From: a virus
Length of the DNA: 31,461 nt
IMG/VR virus record: IMGVR_UViG_3300045988_077615
Strand: one strand, 5' to 3'
Each line of letters begins with the position of its first letter. Position 1 is the first letter of the stretch. Positions 14,648-20,909 of the stretch are shown here, one piece after another. Position numbers and translations under genes: made by a program. Below the pieces are notes generated by a model, which had not been told where the DNA came from, did not search any database, and saw nothing but the letters and a program-made list of their open reading frames with translations.

Positions 14648-14766
14648 CGCGTAGCGCTCAGGCGTGGCGCGTGCAGGTGGCGCGCTGGCGTATGTGGCGG
14701 GTATGTGGCGCGGGCGCGTAGCACGCGCGCGTAGCGCTACGCGTGGCGTGACGCGCGCGCGTACGA
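14648..14766. repeat. GC-rich iteron/palindrome cluster
   Basis: GTGGCG(C/G/T)G at 14664, 14677, 14694, 14705 and 14743. Tandem GTATGTGGCG at 14690 and 14701 (11-bp period). CGCGTAGC repeated three times. 16-bp perfect palindrome CGCGTAGCGCTACGCG at 14728-14743. Confidence 0.7.
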
Positions 14767-14816
14767 GGCTGTCGGCCCTTCCCCTCCTTCCCCCCAAACC
14801 CCCCTATCCACCCTAA

Positions 14817-14868
14817 CCCCTGAGGGTCTCTCTCTGGCGTTTACGCCTGAGAGAGAGACCCTCAGGGG
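14817..14868. repeat. Long hairpin / inverted repeat (19-bp outer stem, 2-nt bulge, GGCG-TTTA-CGCC tip)
   Basis: 14817-14835 pairs perfectly with 14850-14868. The inner tip is GGCGTTTACGCC (14836-14847). Confidence 0.85.
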
Positions 14869-14876
14869 GAGTTAGT

Positions 14877-14887
14877 TATATATATAT
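14877..14887. repeat. (TA)n tract inside an otherwise very GC-rich region (possible DNA-unwinding element)
   Basis: TATATATATAT flanked by T-rich pyrimidine runs (TTTCTTCTCTTT, TTTCTCTTCTTT). Confidence 0.5.
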
Positions 14888-15004
14888 TTCTTCTCTTTAG
14901 AGGGGGTATGGGGGAGACCTTTCTCTTCTTTGCCGGTGTGTGGCCTCGGGGATCCTCCTCGGTCGGGCCGTCTCGCGGCCCTCCCCGCACGGGGCACTGG
15001 GCCT

Positions 15005-15038
15005 CCCGGGGCCCCAGGCGTAAACGCCGGGCCCCGGG
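15005..15038. repeat. Imperfect GC hairpin whose tip GGCGTAAACGCC is the reverse complement of the 14836-14847 tip
   Basis: 15017-15028 GGCGTAAACGCC. Flanking CCCGGGGCCCC / GGGCCCCGGG arms pair with two bulges. Confidence 0.55.
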
Positions 15039-15284
15039 GCCCAGCCCCGTGCCAGGGCACGACGGGGACGATGGGGGAGGAAGCTGAGCTGATGAAGCTG
15101 AGGCTCGCCGTCTCGCGGCTCGCCAGGGGGTGTGTGGTCTAGCTCAGGGTGGCAGCAACGGCTGGAATGCCCCTGAGAGACCGGAGGATGGATTCTGAGG
15201 GCCTAACAGGGCTGGGGTGGCACTGGAGTACCCCCAGACGATTTGAGGCCGTCTATGGCCCATACATCCAGCTCTCAGGAGGTG

Positions 15285-15320
15285 TTGCGGAGTGGCGGGG
15301 ATATGTGCTAGGCTGAGGGC
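15285..15320 (+). promoter_or_regulatory. Rightward promoter (extended -10), leaderless start of 15321..15608
   Basis: TTGCGG (15285-15290), 18 nt spacer, TGTGC-TAGGCT (15309-15314), then 6 nt to the ATG at 15321. Confidence 0.55.
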
Positions 15321-15608
15321 ATGGAGTTTCCACGAGAGATCATTAAGCGAGTAGTTGAGATTCCGGGGTGGGGTGATGTACCCGCACTGCCGAGCGAGCA
15401 GAGGCTGGAGGAGGCTGGCATGGTCCACGAGGACCAGACCAGGACCACACGCCTGAGGTACCGGGCGCGGCTTGCGGACTATCCGGTGGAGACGTACGAG
15501 GCTAGGGCGATCCAGCAGGCGGTGCCGACGTACGGCACACGTGTGGTCCAGCTGGAGAGTGTGATCAAGCTTGGGGTGATCTGGGTGGAGGTGACCGTGG
15601 CATGGTGA
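15321..15608 (+). CDS. Hypothetical protein (95 aa), leaderless
   Basis: ORF track. High third-position GC and plausible E/R-rich composition. Promoter spacing identical to the two other leaderless genes. Confidence 0.55.
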   Translation: MEFPREIIKRVVEIPGWGDVPALPSEQRLEEAGMVHEDQTRTTRLRYRARLADYPVETYEARAIQQAVPTYGTRVVQLESVIKLGVIWVEVTVAW

Positions 15609-15620
15609 CGGCGTGTCGAG

Positions 15621-15649
15621 TTGACATGGTAGGGGGTACCTGCTAGGGT
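15621..15649 (+). promoter_or_regulatory. Candidate late-operon promoter
   Basis: Consensus TTGACA (15621-15626), 17 nt spacer, TGC-TAGGGT (15644-15649). Located immediately after the stop of 15321..15608. Confidence 0.6.
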
Positions 15650-15650
15650 G

Positions 15651-15790
15651 TATACCAGGGTAGAAGATATACCCTGGGTACTGGTTTGGAGTACCCCCTG
15701 GATTGGAACCCCAGGGGGTATTTGGGTAAGGTACCCCAGGGGGTGCAGGAATAGCCCCCTGGGGTATACCCCGGTAAGTACCCCCTAGGT
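15651..15790. repeat. Array of CCWGG-centred GC palindromes (TACCCC-W-GGGGTA family) in the late-operon leader
   Basis: Copies centred near 15657, 15675, 15697, 15714, 15738, 15760 and 15784. Perfect inverted repeats: TACCCCCTGG (15692-15701) / CCAGGGGGTA (15711-15720), and TACCCCAGGGGG (15732-15743) / CCCCCTGGGGTA (15755-15766). Confidence 0.8.
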
Positions 15791-15811
15791 AACCCGGATA
15801 GGTCTTGTAAG

Positions 15812-16195
15812 ATGCCGTATTCAGCCCCCGAGCGATGCTGGTGCGGAGAACTAGGTTTGCCGGGCACAGCGTTGTGCCTGGCCCACACACCGACAAAGTC
15901 CGGTTGGGAATTGCGACCAACTGCTTGGAAGAATGTCGACGGAAAGACTTATCGTAAATGGAAGAAACTTCGGAACAGATTCATTAAAGAGAATCCTTTC
16001 TGTAATCTGTGCGGAATGATTGCAACAGAAGTAGATCATATTCAAGGAATTAAAGCAATTGAGAATGAATTAACAATTCTTGACGAAAATCAATTGCAAT
16101 CATTATGCCATGAATGTCACGCAGCTAAAACAAGGGAAGCGTCGAGAAAATCACGAAATTCAATTAAAAAGCTGCGCCGGGGTAACTCTCCGTGA
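15812..16195 (+). CDS. HNH endonuclease (terminase-associated type)
   Basis: N-terminal Cys/His cluster (CWC...C.AH), then NPFCNLCG...EVDHI...LCHECHAAKT (HNH core). Immediately upstream of TerS/TerL. Confidence 0.85.
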   Translation: MPYSAPERCWCGELGLPGTALCLAHTPTKSGWELRPTAWKNVDGKTYRKWKKLRNRFIKENPFCNLCGMIATEVDHIQGIKAIENELTILDENQLQSLCHECHAAKTREASRKSRNSIKKLRRGNSP

Positions 16196-16218
16196 AATAC
16201 AGGTTAGTTGATCGTTAA

Positions 16219-16235
16219 AGTGAACAGTGTTCACT
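16219..16235. repeat. 17-bp palindrome AGTGAACA-G-TGTTCACT between HNH and TerS (candidate cos/terminase site)
   Basis: Read directly from the sequence. It is the only symmetric element in the 61-nt HNH-TerS spacer. Confidence 0.5.
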
Positions 16236-16256
16236 AAGATTTGAGGAGTGCGTAAT

Positions 16257-16631
16257 ATGACTGAAGATGAGCGTTTTAGTGAGATTCCTCCTGGAATCGC
16301 CAATAACGAGGTTTTGCGAGGCGTGTGGTCCGAGCTTGTGGGTATGATGCCCAAGGAAGTCCTCGATAACCTTGATGAGATGGACGGCCTGTTTATTGAG
16401 GCTATGTGTAGGCATTACGCTATTGCACGAAAAGCCTCGAATGAGGTTATTTCAGCTGATTCTGTGTTGGTTACTGATAACCCTAATCACCGCATGCAAA
16501 AGCACCCTGCTGAGGTTATTTTCCGGTCACAATCTCAGGCATTCCTCGCTTATATGAAAGAGGCTGGATGGACGCCTAAAGCAAGGAATTCGGGTAAGAA
16601 TAAAGACACTGATAACCCATTCCTTATGTGA
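16257..16631 (+). CDS. Terminase small subunit (P27-like)
   Basis: 124 aa, directly upstream of TerL. Start set at the ATG at 16257 (SD GAGGAG 8 nt upstream) instead of the track's GTG at 16248. Confidence 0.65.
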   Translation: MTEDERFSEIPPGIANNEVLRGVWSELVGMMPKEVLDNLDEMDGLFIEAMCRHYAIARKASNEVISADSVLVTDNPNHRMQKHPAEVIFRSQSQAFLAYMKEAGWTPKARNSGKNKDTDNPFLM

Positions 16632-16641
16632 ATAGAATACA

Positions 16642-18315
16642 ATGAATAATGTAATTCCTAGTGAAATTAAAGATTATTTAGTCAGTAGGAAGCTAGACAT
16701 ACCTGAAAGAGGGCCACACCTCAAGTGCCCTGATCCTGGAGGTGTGGTCCACGGTATGCAAGTGCGATTTAACCCGAAGAGCGTAGATCATGCTCTTCGG
16801 GTTATTTCTGCTTTAAGACATACTAAAGGCCGTTGGGCGGGTAAGCCCCTTAAGCTAACTAATGTCCAGATAGCCTACATTGTGGCCCCCCTGTTTGGCT
16901 GGCAGGTGTATGATGATTCCCTTGATAGGTGGCTAAGGCTATACAGGGACGCATACATTGAGATGCCCCGTAAAGGAGCTAAGTCAACTCTGGCATCAGC
17001 ACTAGCTATGGTCCTCGCTTTCGGTGATCATGAGGGAGGCGCTGAGGTTATTATTGGTGCAGCGTCTAGAGATCAAGCAGGGGCATGTTTCACACCGCTT
17101 AAGCAACTTGTCGACAATAGCCCACTATTGAAGCAGGCCGGCATCAGATCACTGCATAACTCGATCAAGCAGGATAGGACAAGCTCTGTAATCAAGGTTG
17201 TCTCTAGCAAGGGTGACCTGGCGCACGGTGCCAACCTCCACGGGGCTATCTGTGATGAGCTTCACGTGCATAAGTCTCTGTCCCTGCTGGAGGCTATGGA
17301 GACAGGTACTGGTGCTCGTGAGCAGCCCCTGACGATGGTGATCACCACAGCTGATGACGGCAGTGTGGGCACGCCGTACGACCAGCGCAGGGAGCTGGTG
17401 GACAACATATGTAAGGGGGCTGTAGAAGCCCCTAGGTCGTTCTGTGTGGTGTGGTCTGCTGACCCTGAAGATGACCCCTGGTCAGAAGAGACGTGGGCTA
17501 AGGCTAACCCGCTGTACCCCGTAACTCCGTCAAGAGCATTCATGCAATCTGCTGCTGACAAGGCTAAGACTGACCCTGTAGCTAAGGCCAGCTTCCTTAG
17601 GCTGCATCTAGGCATCAGGGGCAGGCTGGATGAGTCGTGGATCAGCAGGTCTGACTGGATGAAGGGGGCTGTGGCTCAGCTGGACATTGAGGGCAGGCAG
17701 TGCTATGGCGGCCTGGACCTTGCAGCAGTATCTGACCTCACAGCGCTGGTGTGGTTGTTCCCAGCAGAGGACGGTACATACCAGATTCTGCCTCGCTTCT
17801 TCTTGCCTGAGGCTGCGCTAGCTGAACTGGACAGGGCCACATACAGGAATGCGTCTGTGTGGGCTAATAGAGGGCTAATTAAGTTGACTCCAGGTAATGT
17901 CACTGATTATGATTTTGTTAAAGCTCAGATTGATGAGGACGCTAAGCATTACGATGTTCAGTGCATAGGGTTCGATCCATGGAATGCTACTCAGGTATCT
18001 AATGACCTTCAAGCTGATGGGTACAGACTTGAGAAAGTCCGTCAGGGGTTTGTCTCTATGTCAGGCCCTATGAAAGAGATTCAGAGACTGGTTATGCAGG
18101 GGGGTGCTATTAAGCATGACGGTAACCCTCTGATGGCGTGGCAGATAGATAATATTCGTCCTGCTATGGACCCTGCTGGTAACATTAAACCTGCTAAGCA
18201 GAAGAAGCGGGATAAGATCGACGGCGTTGCTGCACTAGTCACAGCAATGAATGTATGGCAATTCCACAAAACAAAAGTCTCGGCTTACGGCGTGTCGGGC
18301 CTGGAATCTGTTTGA
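16642..18315 (+). CDS. Terminase large subunit
   Basis: 557 aa. Walker A-like PRKGAKST, Walker B-like AICDELH, and a C-terminal nuclease-like domain. Position fits. Confidence 0.85.
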   Translation: MNNVIPSEIKDYLVSRKLDIPERGPHLKCPDPGGVVHGMQVRFNPKSVDHALRVISALRHTKGRWAGKPLKLTNVQIAYIVAPLFGWQVYDDSLDRWLRLYRDAYIEMPRKGAKSTLASALAMVLAFGDHEGGAEVIIGAASRDQAGACFTPLKQLVDNSPLLKQAGIRSLHNSIKQDRTSSVIKVVSSKGDLAHGANLHGAICDELHVHKSLSLLEAMETGTGAREQPLTMVITTADDGSVGTPYDQRRELVDNICKGAVEAPRSFCVVWSADPEDDPWSEETWAKANPLYPVTPSRAFMQSAADKAKTDPVAKASFLRLHLGIRGRLDESWISRSDWMKGAVAQLDIEGRQCYGGLDLAAVSDLTALVWLFPAEDGTYQILPRFFLPEAALAELDRATYRNASVWANRGLIKLTPGNVTDYDFVKAQIDEDAKHYDVQCIGFDPWNATQVSNDLQADGYRLEKVRQGFVSMSGPMKEIQRLVMQGGAIKHDGNPLMAWQIDNIRPAMDPAGNIKPAKQKKRDKIDGVAALVTAMNVWQFHKTKVSAYGVSGLESV

Positions 18316-18357
18316 AATGTGTTATACTGTTTACAGGATTGAATTGGAGGTGTAATA

Positions 18358-20229
18358 GTGGGTTTCTGGTCTGGTATTTTTAACCGGCTTCAGGGCATTA
18401 CCACGTATGAGCCTCGGCAGTATAAGGTCGGGCCTACTGAACTGATCGACCTTTCTGGTGTTCCAGCTGCTAAGCTATTCAAGACTCAACCACACCTGCG
18501 CACTGTGGTTACGTTCCTTGCCAGGAATATCGCTCACCTGGGCGTACATTCCTACATTAAACAAAGCGATGGAGGCAGGCTGAGGGATACCTCGTCCCCT
18601 GTTGGCGGGTTTCTCTCTGGCGCCAAAGCTAATGAGAGCATGACTCTGTATCAGCTGATCTACGCTCTCGTTGTGGATAAGGCCCTTTATGATAGGGCCT
18701 ACTGGTGGCCAGTAGTGAACCAGAACGGTAACTGGGAAGTCTACCGCCTGCCTCCTAGCTGGGTTCAGACTAAGTCTGATAATTTCGGTAAGGTCACACA
18801 TGAGGTTAGCTTCGAGTCAGATAAGAAGCTAACCTTGGATAGTTCACGTGTGGTCTATTTCGGTGGGTATCATCCGACTGATCCTGGCGGGTGCAGCGCT
18901 ACGATTGTCAGTTTGAAGGAAGTACTGGCTGAGCAGATTCAGGCTAGCAAATACCGTCAGCAGTTGTGGGCTCGCGGGGGTAAAGTGTCTGCTGTGCTTC
19001 AGCGACCTGTTGACGCACCCCGCTGGACTGACTCTCAACGAGAGAATTTCCGTGAGGACTGGTACGAGAAATATACTGGGTCGGGTAAGCGCGCTGGTGG
19101 CACGCCCATTCTTGAAGATGGGATGACTCTTAACCGTGTGGACTTCAGTGCTACTGATCAGCAGTACATTGAGGGCGTTAAGCTTGCTTATAGCACAGTA
19201 GCTAATGCGTTCCATGTTAACCCCACAATGGTTGGTATTCTTGATAATGCTAATTACAGCAATGTCAGGGAATTCCGTAAAATGCTTTATGGGGATACTC
19301 TGGGTCCGCTTATTGCGGAAATAGAGTCTACTCTTAACGCATTCCTTATTCCCATTATGGGTGGGGCTAAAGGTAGCTACATTGAATTCAATGTAGCTGA
19401 GAAACTCCAGGCTGATTTCGAACAGCAAGCTCAGTGGTTCCAGTCAGCTGTGGGTTCGGCTTACATGACCCGTAATGAAGCTCGGGCTAGGTTGAATCTT
19501 CCTGCTATCGATGGTGGCGATGATCTGATCACGCCACTGAATGTGAGTGTGGACCCTGGAGGGTATAGCCAGAACTCAGGTGAGGTAAGGGTTAAGTCAC
19601 GAGGGCTGCGTGTTGACCGTCGGTCGTGGGTTAAGAGGTACACGACGGTGCTTGAGGCTCATGCCCGTAAGAGGTTGTATAAGTCAGGGCGGTTGAAGGT
19701 TAAATCTTCAGCTGATGAGAGTCTTGCTGAAGACCTGCTTGACCTTGATCTAGGGCTGACCAGTGAGGTAGGCACCAAGCTACTCGAGGGGCGTGACGAG
19801 GACTATGACAAGGGATCTACTAAGTCATACCTGAAGAAGCGAGCTAAGCGTATCTCTCAGGGTATCGTTGATAGCCTAGAGGACCTAGAGGATGAGCAGG
19901 CTGAGTGGGAAGAGGCTATGGAGGGGGATGATCCTCCGGACACTGTGGAGCCTGTAGAACACTGGCTGAAAGAAGCTGCCCTAGGTATGGCGGGGTCAAT
20001 GGTTACTTGGGCTATGGGCTGGGCCACACAGGAGGCTGGCAGGCAGTCAGGCGCTGCTACCAAGACATGGCATACGGGACCTAATGCTAGGGACTCACAT
20101 GCTGCTATGGACGGTGAGCGTGTGGGCCTGGACGAAGAGTTCTCTAACGGCATGAAGTACCCTGGCGATGATGATGACCCTGCTGAGGTTGCTCACTGTA
20201 ATTGCACGACTAGCATAGATTGGGAGTAG
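18358..20229 (+). CDS. Portal protein fused to a C-terminal MuF/SPP1-gp7-like head-morphogenesis domain
   Basis: 623 aa, GTG start with SD GGAGG. Portal-like N-terminal ~400 aa. The C-terminus WHTGPNARDSHAAMDGERV...YPGDDDDP...HCNCT matches the Phage_Mu_F signature (W.T..D.R.R..H....G.....PG....C.C). Confidence 0.75.
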   Translation: MGFWSGIFNRLQGITTYEPRQYKVGPTELIDLSGVPAAKLFKTQPHLRTVVTFLARNIAHLGVHSYIKQSDGGRLRDTSSPVGGFLSGAKANESMTLYQLIYALVVDKALYDRAYWWPVVNQNGNWEVYRLPPSWVQTKSDNFGKVTHEVSFESDKKLTLDSSRVVYFGGYHPTDPGGCSATIVSLKEVLAEQIQASKYRQQLWARGGKVSAVLQRPVDAPRWTDSQRENFREDWYEKYTGSGKRAGGTPILEDGMTLNRVDFSATDQQYIEGVKLAYSTVANAFHVNPTMVGILDNANYSNVREFRKMLYGDTLGPLIAEIESTLNAFLIPIMGGAKGSYIEFNVAEKLQADFEQQAQWFQSAVGSAYMTRNEARARLNLPAIDGGDDLITPLNVSVDPGGYSQNSGEVRVKSRGLRVDRRSWVKRYTTVLEAHARKRLYKSGRLKVKSSADESLAEDLLDLDLGLTSEVGTKLLEGRDEDYDKGSTKSYLKKRAKRISQGIVDSLEDLEDEQAEWEEAMEGDDPPDTVEPVEHWLKEAALGMAGSMVTWAMGWATQEAGRQSGAATKTWHTGPNARDSHAAMDGERVGLDEEFSNGMKYPGDDDDPAEVAHCNCTTSIDWE

Positions 20230-20909
20230 CGATTAAGACTAAGTCGTTTAAGGTTAAAGCAGAAGAGTCTGAGGAATCTGGGTCAGGCTATTTCGTAGGG
20301 TACGCCTCGGTATTCGGCAATGTGGATTCTTACGGTGAGGTCATGGAGAAAGGCGCTTTCTCCGATACCCTGAAAGAATGGGAAGGCAGGAAGATCCCTG
20401 TCTTCTATGGGCATGACCTTACTAACCCCGAGAACAACATCGGGTATGTTGAGTCTGCTGAGGAAGACGACACTGGCCTCCTGGTGAGGTGTGTGGTCGA
20501 TACCGAGGGGCCGGGTAATGGCCCGATCGTTTATAAGCTTTTGAAGGAAGGCCGAATTGACCGCATGTCTTTCGGCTTCTATGTTAATGACGCAGACCAC
20601 AAAGGCGGCGTGACTTATATTAAGAAAGTCTCACTGCTTGAGGTGTCTGTGGTCCCCGCTCCGGCTAATCCCGAAGCGGCTATCAATGAAGTTAAGTCAT
20701 CTAAGAAAGAATCGGGTATGACTCCGGAAGACATTGAGAAACTGATTGTGGGGCCCATCGTCAAGCATATCGATGAGGCTTTCGAAAAGTACTGTGGTGA
20801 TGAGGAGGAGCCTGAGGCTGATAAGCCAGCCGATGAGAAGCCAGCAGACAAGCCTGCTGATGATCAGGCTAAGTCTATCCTCGCTGAGATTAAGGGGTTG
20901 TTTGCGTGA
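20220..20909 (+). CDS. Prohead (HK97-type, S78/U35) maturation protease with acidic PADK-repeat C-terminus
   Basis: FVGYASVFGNVDSYGEVMEKGAF... is typical of HK97-family prohead proteases. TTG start overlaps the portal stop. Confidence 0.75.
   Translation: MGVAIKTKSFKVKAEESEESGSGYFVGYASVFGNVDSYGEVMEKGAFSDTLKEWEGRKIPVFYGHDLTNPENNIGYVESAEEDDTGLLVRCVVDTEGPGNGPIVYKLLKEGRIDRMSFGFYVNDADHKGGVTYIKKVSLLEVSVVPAPANPEAAINEVKSSKKESGMTPEDIEKLIVGPIVKHIDEAFEKYCGDEEEPEADKPADEKPADKPADDQAKSILAEIKGLFA

Noticed and set aside
14576-15142. ORFs of 73 aa (-), 62 aa (-) and 70 aa (+) inside the GC-rich island
   Set aside because: The translations are Arg/Gly/Pro/Ala-rich. The ORFs overlap one another in different frames, and I see no SD or promoter in a sensible position. 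The region is better explained by DNA-level repeats and hairpins.
14600-15320. tRNA, tmRNA or a large structured ncRNA (GOLLD/ROOL/HEARO-like) in the non-coding island
   Set aside because: I could not fold a cloverleaf or recognise any known RNA family by eye, and neither flanking promoter transcribes into the region. This is not excluded. It is left as an alternative under the hairpin finding and would need covariance-model searches.
15651-15790. Possible CRISPR array or tandem repeat
   Set aside because: The repeats are short palindromes in both orientations with irregular 17-24-bp spacing. There are no unique spacers of CRISPR length and no cas genes.
15144-15920. 258-aa Pro/Gly/Tyr-rich ORF on the - strand
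   Set aside because: It runs through two + strand promoters and is antisense to the leaderless 95-aa gene and the HNH start. Its repetitive PGY-rich segment is simply the translation of the CCWGG palindrome array, and the region is GC-rich, which generates long spurious frames.
18468-18476. TGCTAAGCT extended -10-like box inside the portal gene (+ strand)
   Set aside because: There is no TTG-type -35 box at 17-18 nt and no downstream gene start. It is probably a chance match. The orphan boxes at 3531-3539 and 11564-11575 (- strand) are similar and are kept only as low-priority notes.
18844-19428. 194-aa ORF on the - strand
   Set aside because: Antisense to the portal gene. Low-complexity translation with no signals.
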